64,000 nt of DNA from a virus (taxonomy: Duplodnaviria > Caudoviricetes). Positions 37,129 through 47,700 of this stretch are shown here, in pieces. Positions within the stretch are counted from its first letter, which is position 1. The number at the start of each line of letters is the position of its first letter. The stretch is from IMG/VR virus record IMGVR_UViG_3300017914_000750, positions 29,737 to 93,736 of that record; one strand, written 5' to 3'. Both the position numbers and the translations under genes were made by a program. The notes beneath the pieces are model-generated. The model searched no databases, had not been told where the DNA came from, and saw only the letters and a list, made by a program, of their open reading frames with translations.

Positions 37129-37962
37129 TTAAACTGCGACTGTTATCTTTTTAAACTTAAAGACAGTCGAATTGGTCGAAGCAGGGGTGACTCTGACTCT
37201 CAAAGTCCCTATGTTTATATCCACTGAGAAGGTTGCAAGTTCTGAAGAACCTGTTAACACCGTTCCATATTGTGAAATATAGGCACTCGTTCCGTCATGA
37301 ACAATATTTAATTCAGTAAATTGATAGTCTCCACTCGTTGAATCTGATATAGAAACATAATAGTTTGCACTTCTTACTGAATTAGTTGCAAAAGTATCTA
37401 AATTTGTGGCAGAAGTTGAAGTAGTTGTAACACTTCCACTATCTAAACCACCAGCTGCGTCTTGGAATGATAATGTTCCTGACCCATTTGTTGTTAATAC
37501 TTGTCCGTTTGTCCCGTCACTAGTAGGATATGTTATACTTGACCCTGTTATACTGTTTGTTGCAGTAATTGTTGTTGCAGTCAAGTCTCCGACCTGTAAA
37601 TCTGCAAGTGCATATCCTGTTCCACTTGTATTTACTACTGTTGTTGGTTCGGATTCTAATCCGTCAAACAGTTTCCATGTGGAATCACTTGCATCTCTGA
37701 ACAACCCTGTATATTCTGAAGCACCACCGTCTGATAAACCGTCATTATAGTTTCCATAGAAACCTATATCCAGTGTATCTGAAGAGGTATTTGCATTTGC
37801 AAATTCCATTAATGAATCTGCTACAGAAGTGGTAGTCGAGTTTACAGTAATTGTAGAACCATTTACAGTTAAATTACCTGTAATAGTTGCATTTCCGTCA
37901 ACCGATAAATCACTTGCTGTTTCTAAACCTAAGTCTGCAATGAATTTCTTTTGAGTTGCCAT
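37129..37962 (-). CDS. tail fibre-like virion protein
   Basis: GNLTVNG, PTSDGTNGQVL and C-terminal HDG...QYG domain. Confidence 0.65.
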   Translation of the reverse strand: MATQKKFIADLGLETASDLSVDGNATITGNLTVNGSTITVNSTTTSVADSLMEFANANTSSDTLDIGFYGNYNDGLSDGGASEYTGLFRDASDSTWKLFDGLESEPTTVVNTSGTGYALADLQVGDLTATTITATNSITGSSITYPTSDGTNGQVLTTNGSGTLSFQDAAGGLDSGSVTTTSTSATNLDTFATNSVRSANYYVSISDSTSGDYQFTELNIVHDGTSAYISQYGTVLTGSSELATFSVDINIGTLRVRVTPASTNSTVFKFKKITVAV

Positions 37963-37992
37963 AAATCTATTTATATATTTTGGGGCTAGAAT

Positions 37993-38021
37993 AAAAAAAA
38001 GGGGACTTGAAGTCCCCTTTT
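37993..38021 (-). terminator. Rho-independent terminator (possibly bidirectional)
   Basis: AAAAGGGGACT-TCA-AGTCCCC followed by T8. Confidence 0.85.
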
Positions 38022-38038
38022 AATCGATTTAAATAAGA

Positions 38039-38449
38039 TTACGCATCTACCAATGTTCTGTCAAACTTAATTACTGTTGAGTTTGAAGAAGCTGGTGTGC
38101 ATCGTAGTCTAACATTTGCTCCTGATATATCAGCATCGAATGTTGCAAGATTTGTATCTTTCAATGTTCCATATTGAGTCAAAGTAACATCTGAACCGTC
38201 ATGGACTAACATTACTTCTGTTGAGTGGAAGTTTGTTCCTTCAGACATTGCAACGATATATCTTGCAGCTCTGAAATCAGCCTTAGCAAAAGTATCAAGA
38301 TTAAACTGAGTAGTAGATGTCTTTGTTTCGGCACCTCTCTTTTTGTTTTTATCTTGAGTCTTTTTACTTGTTTTGATTACATCATCTGTAGAATCATATT
38401 CGATGTGACGAATAAGTTCTGCAAGTTTAAATGATTTACTAATTGCCAT
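38039..38449 (-). CDS. virion structural protein
   Basis: C-terminal domain paralogous to 37129 and 38462 (LDTFA...VHDG...QYG). Confidence 0.6.
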   Translation of the reverse strand: MAISKSFKLAELIRHIEYDSTDDVIKTSKKTQDKNKKRGAETKTSTTQFNLDTFAKADFRAARYIVAMSEGTNFHSTEVMLVHDGSDVTLTQYGTLKDTNLATFDADISGANVRLRCTPASSNSTVIKFDRTLVDA

Positions 38450-38461
38450 TTCTTATTCCCC

Positions 38462-39286
38462 CTATGAATGTCTAATTTGGAATGTATCCACTGTTGTGTT
38501 AGTGTTAGTAGGTGTAATGAGAAGTCTCATGTTACCTGAATTAACATCTGCACTCAATGAAAACAGAGACGAATTAGAATACACATCACCGTATTGAACG
38601 AAGTATGCATCTGTTCCGTCATTGATTAATAAAACCTCTGCAGCGTGTGTCCCTGCTGAAGCATGAGTTGCGTTTATCACATACTTAATTGCCTTGTTGG
38701 CAATTCCGTTTGCAGATAATACTTGGTTTGCACTGGTTGTTGTCAAAGAAGTTTCAGTATAGAAACCTTGCACTAAGTTTAGTGCAGACACAGCCACTAC
38801 CTCTAAAATATCACCCGATATCGCATTTGCTTGTAAAGTGATAGTAGAACTATTTGTTGCAGTGTAGTCTGAACCACCGTCAATGAGTTTAACACCATTT
38901 AGGAAGACTTGCTCTACGCCTGGATTATAGGATAGAGAGTTTCCGTCATCATCGTTTCCTGTGAAAACTGTTTGGTTACTCGTTACGGTGTATTTGAAAA
39001 TGTCCACACCACTACTGGACAATGTTGTGAATGATAGTGTTCCTGAACCGTTGGTCTGTAGAACCTGACCACTCGAACCATCACTAGTAGGAAATGTGAT
39101 AGCGTCATTAATTGTTAGAGAGGCTGGGTTTGACCCGACCTCGACTACTGATGCTGAACCGTCATTCTTCTCGGTATAAAATCTACCGTGATAAGTATTG
39201 ACAGCTAATTCTCCAAGTGCTAAATCACTTGTAGTAGGCACATCATTTTGTGTAGAACTTCTCTTAAATTGAATAACTGTTGCCAT
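38462..39286 (-). CDS. fibre-like virion protein
   Basis: IQFKRS...LALGELA N-terminal module; VFLNGVKL...DYTAT domain. Confidence 0.65.
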   Translation of the reverse strand: MATVIQFKRSSTQNDVPTTSDLALGELAVNTYHGRFYTEKNDGSASVVEVGSNPASLTINDAITFPTSDGSSGQVLQTNGSGTLSFTTLSSSGVDIFKYTVTSNQTVFTGNDDDGNSLSYNPGVEQVFLNGVKLIDGGSDYTATNSSTITLQANAISGDILEVVAVSALNLVQGFYTETSLTTTSANQVLSANGIANKAIKYVINATHASAGTHAAEVLLINDGTDAYFVQYGDVYSNSSLFSLSADVNSGNMRLLITPTNTNTTVDTFQIRHS

Positions 39287-39310
39287 CGTTTCCTCCTATA
39301 GAAAGTCTAA

Positions 39311-40927
39311 TTAAAATGTTCCACCATCTATAGCAGTTACGGTTACAGCACCACTTGAAACTGTAAAGTTGTCTGATGAGAAAGAAGCAATACCTTTATT
39401 AGAAGTTGTTGCATCTTCACCAGCTACTGTTACTGTTCCACCTGAGTATGTTGCGTCCATACCCTCGCCTGCTGCCACGATTACGACACCAAGATTTGAC
39501 CCTGTTCCAGTTTCGGCTGCAATTGTTATACTACCGTCTGCATTTGTTACATCGATACCTTCACCAGCAGTTAGAGTTCCAGCTGCAAAGTCACCATTTG
39601 TTCCGTGACCAATTAACAACTGACCTGCTGTTGGGGCAGACCCGTCTATGCTTGTGATTGAACCACTTAATGCAAGACCTGAACCTTCGATACCACCGAA
39701 TGCAACATTACCAGCACTTCCTGAGAACACTGAAGATGTATCTGTTGCATCTGCAATAAAGGTAAATTTATTGGTTGAGTCGTCAAAACCGAAGAAACCA
39801 GTTTTAGCTCCACCATTATTGTATAAGAATTTTATACCTCTATCTAGGTTGTCATCTGAACCTGATTCACCTAATTCGAAAATAGGGTCATCAATAGATA
39901 CTGTTGTAGAGTTTACAGTAGTTGTTGTTCCGTTAACTGTTAAGTTACCTGAAACTGTTAAGTTTCCTGAAGCAGCGATGTTTGTAGATGTGATATCGTC
40001 TGATGTTAGTGTTCCGTCAACATCGACATTGTTAAATGTGACATTATCAGTTGTTCCAACTGACTGACCAATATTAACTGTTAATGTGTTTCCTGAACCT
40101 GCTGTTGTTACACCTGTTCCACCTGCGATATCAAGAGTTTCACTATCTAAATCTATAGATAATGCACCACCTGAGTCACCTTGGAAGTCTAGGTCTTGAG
40201 CAGTTAATTGACTGTCAACATATGCTTTAACTGATTGCTGTGAAGGAACTTTAACTGCTGAATTTGAAGCCATGTTGTCTTCGTCAACAAAGAAGTCAAT
40301 TTTCCCAATAGTAACATTACTATCTGCAATCATTGCTGTTTCAACAGCAGAGTTTGCGATTGTTACTGCACCACTTGAAGCAAGTGAGATATCTCCACTA
40401 ATTGCGACATTATCAAAACTATCTGAACCGTCATGAACAAGAACATGTCCTGCTGCTGGGTTAGAAATATCTGAATCTGTTGCACCTGCTAATGTAGATG
40501 TTGTTGATAGGAATGAAAGGTTACCTGAACCGTCTGTTCCAAGAACTTGTCCATTACTTCCGTCTGCAGACGGTAAGACTAATGTATGTGAACTTGCAAC
40601 TGAGTCGGGTGCTTTAAGACCTACAAAATGAGTTCCGTTGTCTGAATCTTCCAAAAATTGAACTGAACCACCTGTAGATGAACCATTACCAACTTTAAAG
40701 TTAGCAGGGGTTGCAGTAGAACCAGCAAGAATATCAGTATAATACTTACCACCAATTGCTTGAATTAGAGGAGTAGAGTTATCTGAATCTACGGACTCAA
40801 TGTATAGTTTTGCACCAGCACCTGAATTCGACCTATCTTGCACATAAGCCAATTCACCTTCTGCTAAGTCTGAGACTGCAGGGGCTGTTAGACCAGTGCT
40901 TCGTTTGATTTGAATTACTGTTGCCAT
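39311..40927 (-). CDS. fibre-like virion protein
   Basis: IQIKRS...LAEGELA N-terminus; QQSVKAYVD module; ends IDGGTF. Confidence 0.7.
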   Translation of the reverse strand: MATVIQIKRSTGLTAPAVSDLAEGELAYVQDRSNSGAGAKLYIESVDSDNSTPLIQAIGGKYYTDILAGSTATPANFKVGNGSSTGGSVQFLEDSDNGTHFVGLKAPDSVASSHTLVLPSADGSNGQVLGTDGSGNLSFLSTTSTLAGATDSDISNPAAGHVLVHDGSDSFDNVAISGDISLASSGAVTIANSAVETAMIADSNVTIGKIDFFVDEDNMASNSAVKVPSQQSVKAYVDSQLTAQDLDFQGDSGGALSIDLDSETLDIAGGTGVTTAGSGNTLTVNIGQSVGTTDNVTFNNVDVDGTLTSDDITSTNIAASGNLTVSGNLTVNGTTTTVNSTTVSIDDPIFELGESGSDDNLDRGIKFLYNNGGAKTGFFGFDDSTNKFTFIADATDTSSVFSGSAGNVAFGGIEGSGLALSGSITSIDGSAPTAGQLLIGHGTNGDFAAGTLTAGEGIDVTNADGSITIAAETGTGSNLGVVIVAAGEGMDATYSGGTVTVAGEDATTSNKGIASFSSDNFTVSSGAVTVTAIDGGTF

Positions 40928-40972
40928 TTTCTTTTTTTCTCCTACGAAAAAATATAAAATTAATTAATTAAT

Positions 40973-41051
40973 TTTCTCTTCACTATCCGAGAAAGACTCA
41001 TTCTATAATACTATCCCCTCACTATGGGGTTCGTGTCTCACTGAATGACAC
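40973..41051 (-). promoter_or_regulatory. 5' leader with three hairpins sharing an AGTGA loop motif
   Basis: GTGTC-ATTCAGTGA-GACAC, CCCC-ATAGTGA-GGGG, TTTCTC-GGATAGTGAA-GAGAAA, downstream of late promoter CATAAATA (41067-41074). Confidence 0.65.
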
Positions 41052-41076
41052 ATTGATTTGTTAAAGTATTTATGCG

Positions 41077-41319
41077 TTAGAAAGTCCCACCGTCTATAAC
41101 ATTAGTGGTTTTCCATTTGTCTGAAGCTTGGTCGTATTGTAGAAGACCTTTATCTGTTTCTGCAGCGTCTACATCATTCAATTCTTGAATAGATTTTTGA
41201 GTAATATCTGTTCCCGCTGCACCTGAACCAATTGCAACTTGTCTTGCACGAACATTACCAGTTCCTTGAACTCGTCCGCCAATTGCTCCCTGTCTGTTTA
41301 CTACACCTTTAATTGCCAT
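41077..41319 (-). CDS. small virion protein
   Basis: LNDVD...GLLQYD...KW module; ends IDGGTF. Confidence 0.6.
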   Translation of the reverse strand: MAIKGVVNRQGAIGGRVQGTGNVRARQVAIGSGAAGTDITQKSIQELNDVDAAETDKGLLQYDQASDKWKTTNVIDGGTF

Positions 41320-41321
41320 AA

Positions 41322-41654
41322 TTACCTCGTTACGCCTGGGGTTACTACTGCTTGACCTTCTACAACTCTAGTTGTTATTCCACCAGCACTTGTAATATTT
41401 AAGTCATATACATATCGACCTGCGTCTAAAGCAGTTGTTTGTGTATCATTTAATGATAATGTAACTGCTCCTCCAGCATTATTATGTGAAGAAGTGAAAG
41501 TTTGACTGACATTTGAGGAACTATATGTCTTTCTGATTTGTGCAGCTGCACTATATCCAGTTAGGTCTAATACATTCCCTGATGAATCTGTTACATCTAC
41601 AGTAATAGAAAAGTCTGTTCCTTGGTCGATAAATATGTTTGCAATAATAGCCAT
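41322..41654 (-). CDS. virion structural protein (baseplate/fibre adaptor-like)
   Basis: IDQGTDF, AQIRK, GRYVYD, RVVEG...VTPGVT. Confidence 0.65.
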   Translation of the reverse strand: MAIIANIFIDQGTDFSITVDVTDSSGNVLDLTGYSAAAQIRKTYSSSNVSQTFTSSHNNAGGAVTLSLNDTQTTALDAGRYVYDLNITSAGGITTRVVEGQAVVTPGVTR

Positions 41655-41674
41655 AAAACTATTTATACAAAAAG

Positions 41675-43306
41675 TTAGCCCTTAGAGAATTGTGCGTTTG
41701 GAACTGATTGGTGAATCTTTTCTACCGTTCCACTATCGTTTACATAAACCTCTTCTACTTTTTCAACACTTCCACTATTATTTCTGAAAATACCCTTAAC
41801 TTTTGCTACTGGGCCAATAGGTCTTGTAGTAGAATAAGGTGTTTGTCCTATTGAAGGAGACCTATGGTCATATGACACCTGATAGTTAAACTGATATGGG
41901 AACGGTTGTCTTGCAGGCAAGATATTAGGTTCTTGGTGGTTATCAGTTCTTTGATATATTGAAGGTGACCTATGATTATAGAAATTAGGTTGTCTAGTCG
42001 CTGCAATATATGGATACGGTTGTCCAGCATCTCTAATATTTGGTTCTTGTTGATTTGCAATATAAGGATAAGGATTTTGTCTATTTGCAATATACGGACT
42101 TGATTCTTGAGCATTTGCAATATACGGACTTTGTTTACTTGCAATATATGGACTTGTGTTCTGAATACTTGCAATATACGGATACCTTGTTTGTTTTATA
42201 GTCGGGTTCTGTTGTTGTGCTTGTGCAATATAAGGACTTGGTTGTTGTGCAATAAAAGGACTTCGTTGTTGTGCTTGTCCAATAGTCGGGTTTTGTATAT
42301 TTGCTTGATATGTATACGGTTGTTGTTGACTGATTATTGGAGTCGTTCCTATTGCTTGATATGTAAACGGGTTTGGTTGTTGCGTTTGTGCTGAACCAGG
42401 CGACCTATATTGATAATCAATAGGTTCACCGTATCTTCCACCACTTGGCCTTATTCCCCATTCGGGATTCTGTGCTTGTCCGATAACTGGGACTGGATTC
42501 TGTGCTTGTGCAATATAAGGATACGGTTGTTGCACCTGATTACCTTGAGCAGTAGAAGGGACTTGATAAGGCCCAACGGCTGGTGACCTATATGAATATA
42601 TTGTCCAATATGGGTCTATCTCGGGTTCAAATCTTGAAGGATATGGTGGAGTATAAAAAGGTGGAGCTCCAATCTGAGTAGTCCCAGTGGAGGGCACCTG
42701 CTGGTTGCCTTGAGCAGTAGTTTGAATATTATACGGAGCTCCTCCTGCTTGTGCTACTGGTCTTCTTGCAGCTTGAACTGGGTAAGTCGAAGGGTTTGCA
42801 TTTTGAGTATTATAAGGACTTGGGTCTCTTGCATCATACGAACTCCTTGCTTGTCCTTGATAAGTAAATGGGTTCGGTGACCTATGCTGATAAGGTGTTT
42901 GTCCTCTTGCCTGATAAGTAGACGGTGACCTTTCCGTTGCATTATAGATAACTGGTTGTCTATGTTGATATGTAAATGGACTTTGACTTTGTGCTTGATA
43001 AGTTGTAGGTGTTTGTCCTTGTGCTTGATATGTGCTTGGAGACTGGAATTGATATGTTATTGGTGTTGTTCCTATTGCAATATAGAATCCAGGCGATTGG
43101 ATACTTCTAATAAAAGGGTGTTGTCTATTTGCAGTATTCTGAGAAGTAAAAGGACTTCTTGCACTAAAAGTAAAAGGATTTTGTCCTTGTCTTAAAGTTT
43201 GTCTTATTGTTTGTCTTGATACTGGGTTCTGAACTTGTATAGTTGTCTGACCCTGATAGGGTTGTTGAAAACTCGAACCTATATTTACATAAATTTCGTC
43301 AGCCAT
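41675..43306 (-). CDS. Pro/Gln/Tyr-rich repeat fibre protein with internal mirror symmetry
   Basis: Same unit vocabulary as the 32770/33591 pair; C-terminal cap VEEVYVNDSG. Confidence 0.8.
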   Translation of the reverse strand: MADEIYVNIGSSFQQPYQGQTTIQVQNPVSRQTIRQTLRQGQNPFTFSARSPFTSQNTANRQHPFIRSIQSPGFYIAIGTTPITYQFQSPSTYQAQGQTPTTYQAQSQSPFTYQHRQPVIYNATERSPSTYQARGQTPYQHRSPNPFTYQGQARSSYDARDPSPYNTQNANPSTYPVQAARRPVAQAGGAPYNIQTTAQGNQQVPSTGTTQIGAPPFYTPPYPSRFEPEIDPYWTIYSYRSPAVGPYQVPSTAQGNQVQQPYPYIAQAQNPVPVIGQAQNPEWGIRPSGGRYGEPIDYQYRSPGSAQTQQPNPFTYQAIGTTPIISQQQPYTYQANIQNPTIGQAQQRSPFIAQQPSPYIAQAQQQNPTIKQTRYPYIASIQNTSPYIASKQSPYIANAQESSPYIANRQNPYPYIANQQEPNIRDAGQPYPYIAATRQPNFYNHRSPSIYQRTDNHQEPNILPARQPFPYQFNYQVSYDHRSPSIGQTPYSTTRPIGPVAKVKGIFRNNSGSVEKVEEVYVNDSGTVEKIHQSVPNAQFSKG

Positions 43307-43307
43307 A

Positions 43308-44585
43308 TCATACTACAAACCAAAGGTGACCAGTCGATGTAGAACCAGCACTTGAAGGTGCTGAGTTAACTATTTCATAATCCAATTCGACATCATCACC
43401 ATCGATTTTCACTCCGTTTGAAGTATTAACTGAGAAGACACCTGACCCACTCATTGCAAGTCCACTGCCTCCACTTAAATAAGATTGAACATCTGAATCA
43501 CCATATTGTGCAGAACCATTGATTGTCAATGTTCCAGCATTGTCGTCATATGATGTTGAGATACCTGTTCCACCAACAATTAATGTATTAACTCTATCGT
43601 CAACTCTTTCATTTGTAAAATATAAATTACTTGAACCCTCTGTTACTGTATCAGAAGTTTGTTGATTAGTTGGAACATATTTACTTGAAGAAGCATTATA
43701 TACTAATATCTGACCGTCTGAAGGTGCAGTAGTGTCAACATCACTTAAATCTGTTATTTGGTGATTTGTAATACTTGATACTGTTCCAGTCAATGCACCT
43801 GTAGAAGCGTCTAAAACAACTGAACCACCATGTTTAACATCACCAGTGATATCACCAGTAACATTTCCAGTTAGGTTACCAACTAAAGAAGTAGAAGTAA
43901 GAGAACTAAATCCAGTTCCAACTCCACCTGTAATAGTTGCAGTCCCGTCTGTTAATGTAGGTGCTTCTAATGAATGACCTGTATCGACTTTAACATTACC
44001 GTCAACAAAAGTGTTACCTTCTAACTGAACCTGATATCCTGATTGTAATGATACTGCAGCTGCAGATGTTCCATTTAATATGACTCCGTTTGAGTTAATG
44101 TTGTAAATTGTGTTCTCTGCTGTTTCTGTAAACTGACCACCACCAGCACCACCGTCTGCAGCTACACCTGATTGAGAACCAGTGTATGCATATACAGTTA
44201 AAATTTGACCAGCAGTAGGAGCTGCATTCAAGAGGATACCAGTATAGAATAATCCTTGAGGTATTTGAATTGTATAACCGTTTGCACCACTACCACCTTC
44301 TACTAAGTGAACTCCGTCTAGGTATACTTGAACTTTACCTTGTCTATATCTTAAAACATTTCCATTTGCGTCTGCACCTGAATATGATTGGTCTGTAGTT
44401 GTTGTATATTCGAATGTTTGTAAGAAGAATGTTTTATCTTCAAGGACATTAATTGCATCAACAAGAGAGTTAGGGTTATTAAGAGTTCCTCTTAAACCCG
44501 TGATACTTCCCACTTCATTATTCAGTGTATTGAACGAATTTCTAAATTCGTTTAAAGTCTGTTCTGCATTTACTTGATTAGCCAT
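43308..44585 (-). CDS. fibre / whisker-like virion protein
   Basis: TLNEFR N-terminus, EGSSNLYFTNERVDDRV module, C-terminal SAP...GHLWF. Confidence 0.65.
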   Translation of the reverse strand: MANQVNAEQTLNEFRNSFNTLNNEVGSITGLRGTLNNPNSLVDAINVLEDKTFFLQTFEYTTTTDQSYSGADANGNVLRYRQGKVQVYLDGVHLVEGGSGANGYTIQIPQGLFYTGILLNAAPTAGQILTVYAYTGSQSGVAADGGAGGGQFTETAENTIYNINSNGVILNGTSAAAVSLQSGYQVQLEGNTFVDGNVKVDTGHSLEAPTLTDGTATITGGVGTGFSSLTSTSLVGNLTGNVTGDITGDVKHGGSVVLDASTGALTGTVSSITNHQITDLSDVDTTAPSDGQILVYNASSSKYVPTNQQTSDTVTEGSSNLYFTNERVDDRVNTLIVGGTGISTSYDDNAGTLTINGSAQYGDSDVQSYLSGGSGLAMSGSGVFSVNTSNGVKIDGDDVELDYEIVNSAPSSAGSTSTGHLWFVV

Positions 44586-44784
44586 GTGTTTTCTCTATAA
44601 GTTCTTTCAATAGTCCTTTAATTTCACCTATTTCATTCTTTAGATTATTTATATCTTCTCTCTGAGCTCTATATACTTCTCTTCTTCTCATTGTCAATCT
44701 GTATTGTTCAATATCAGTATTGATAATTGCATGAGAAGATTCGTCTCTCTCTAGGTGGGTATGTCCTTCTACCTTTATACCCAT
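44578..44784 (-). CDS. small protein downstream of the VrlC-like gene (start MGIKVEGH)
   Basis: TAATG coupling; KVEGH..L.RD..S.AIIN motif plus coiled coil. Confidence 0.65.
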   Translation of the reverse strand: MGIKVEGHTHLERDESSHAIINTDIEQYRLTMRRREVYRAQREDINNLKNEIGEIKGLLKELIEKTHG

Positions 44785-47700
44785 TATGCTAATGCCATTA
44801 CCCTTAGAGACGATACCATAGGAACAGCACATGTGTTTGTTCCTTGTCCTACAATTTTAATTACGAATGCAGTGAACTCGGGTAAGTCTTCTGCAGTATA
44901 TTCGTATTCCTTAAAGTTTCTTCCGTCTACTTCAATTGCAGTATCGGGTGAACCGTCTGTATTGAAGAACTCAAAACCTATATCATCAAGAGGTGTGTTT
45001 TCATCTGCCTTGATAATCTTAAACATATACTTAAATTCAGTGTTAGGTGGTCTAAAGTTATCTGCAATAACTTTTAGACTCGTAGCAGGAGTTTTAAGGT
45101 TCACTTTCCTTGTTACATAAACGAATGCATTACTGTCCCCTTCGGGTTCAGTAGACGGCACATATGTAACTCCTGAAGGCACATCACTACTTGAATCTAT
45201 GTTGTTTAGTCTGTTTGCAATTGCAATACAACCGATTGTTCCAACATCTATAACTGGAGATACATTCTGATTTACTGAATATAATTGTGTCAATAAACTG
45301 AATGACCTTTGTGATTGCATTTCATTTGTTTCGTTAATTGGTGAAGCAACAACGCCTGGGTTATCTAAGAATGTATTATCATTCAAAGTAATAAAGTTGT
45401 TTGTTGACCTCTTAGTATAAACTGTATCACCACTTCCTATGACACCTTCGGGTGATTTCATTGCAGTTGTATTAATACTTGCAATAATTTTTGAACCACC
45501 AATTTGTGTTGAAGGAATCATTGTATGTAATGCGTCAAAGTAATAGTTTCTCTGTAGTTTAACAGCTTCTCCACCACCTGAAGTAGATTCTAATGCATCG
45601 TATCCAGTTGCTAATTTATTTGCACCTATGTAACTTGATAGGTCAACTGCAATATCAAACGAATCAATTCCAGTATTTGATATAGAAGTATATGTTACTG
45701 CACTTGAACCACCGATTGCATCTACTGGGATACCACCTAGTGTCTGACCAACTGAAGCAACTGTTACAGTCATATCTGCTTGACCACCGTCAAAGTTTTC
45801 TAATGTGATTACATCATTTACACTATATCCTTGGCCTGGGTTTGTAATTCTAACATCACTAACAGCACCACTTGCAATTGTAACACTAAAGATTGCACCT
45901 GAACCACCTACTGGTGATACTGAGGTTGCAGCTATTGTATAAGTTCCGTCACTCAAACTAGTATTGTCTGTTATGTTTGCACCACTTGTTGATAATACAG
46001 AACCAATTCTATCACCAGTGATTCCTGATAATTGAGTATTAGAAGTATTATCATATAATCCGTGTAAGTATGCAGCGACTTTAACTGTATTACTACTTAC
46101 AGTAGTTTGTATTGGGTTCTTTGCAAGTGTTGATAAATCTAAATCTTTGTTATCAAAATATATTGAAGGTATTTTAGAAGTATCAAATTTTGCAATCTTC
46201 ATGTTAAACTTCAAGTCGTCTGTCTGTTCTGCAGTCCATGTTGAAGCATTTTGAGACATGAATAATGAACCAGCGTATGGTTGTCCTGATATTTGTTGTC
46301 CTGAGATTAAATCTGTTTCACCCATTCTAGATATCCAACATTCATATTCGTTTGAGTTTGAGTAAACTACAAAACAGTATTCTTTCTTCTCTTCAACATA
46401 TACTGGTGAATCGAATGTGAATGTAGTTGAAACTGAACCGTCTGCAGATACATTAACATCACTTGGATTCTTTGTTACTGTTGAGAAAGGTAAAACTACT
46501 TGGCCTGGATATCCATTAACCATGTTTCTGATTTCTACTGATACAGGCATATGTGAATCTTTTGCTTGGAAGAACAAGTCAATTGAAGTCAACATCATAC
46601 CACCACTTGCTTCACATAAGAATGATTGTGCAAGTGGGTCTCCCCAACCCCTCTCTAAGAATGAACCTCTTCTAGGACTATCAATTATAGGGAATACTGG
46701 AACTGGTAATGCTGGTGGTTCGGGTGGTGGCACTGGTATATTAATAACTGGTGGCACGAAAACCTCGGGTGGTATAACCACCTCTATTGTTGTAGGTGTT
46801 GGAACCACTATTGGAGTAGTATCGACTGGAATATCGGGTGCAACCGTATCGACTGCAGATATATTTAATCTTTCACCTCTCCTTTGTGTTCTTCTTTCAC
46901 CTGAAGTATTTTGTGTAATAACCCTACCATTTCTTGTTGAAACAATTTCTGTTTGTGAACTGTTCAATAGACCTTGTGCTTGATATGTTGCAGAACCTTG
47001 ACTTGGTGGATTAGATAGGTTATAGAATGAAGAAGTTAACTTCAACTCTCTCTGACCAGTTGGGAATCTTTGAGTTGCACTATTTGGAAGTTCAAAGAAT
47101 CCTCTTAATCTACCATTACCGTCTGATTGTAAGTTTGAAGCTACAGTCAATCCACCGTCTGCTGAATAAGGTGCAGAATGTGGTCTACAGAATTTATCTA
47201 CTCTGACATTATCAAAGAAGAAGAAATGATTTGTGTTTGGTTTTAAGTTAGTTGCATCTATCTCAATAGTCCTTGCTCTCATGAAAGGAATAATAGATAC
47301 TGACACAACTCTGTCGTTTCTTGTTTCTACAAAGTCTTCTACTACTGAAGTTGTGATACCTGTTCTTGTTTGAATCTCAGGTGTCTCTGTAATTTCTCTA
47401 GTTATTTCTTGGCCTGCTTGCCATGTTCCACCTTGAGAAGGGTCACCACTCCAACTTCCTGCTGAAGTTGATTGGACTTCTGAACTAACTTCTGCTGGTT
47501 CACCTACCCATGTTGTTTGCCATGAGTTCCAAACAGTTCCTAAAGAGTTTCCAACTCCCGCCATAACTGCATCAAAATTACCTTCTCTGTTTATTCTGAC
47601 ATCAGGTAATCTTTCTGTATCGTTCCATATATCGGTGCCTGGCGTTAGTTTAACATTACCTATGAATGCAAAGACATGATATGGATTAACATTTATGTGT

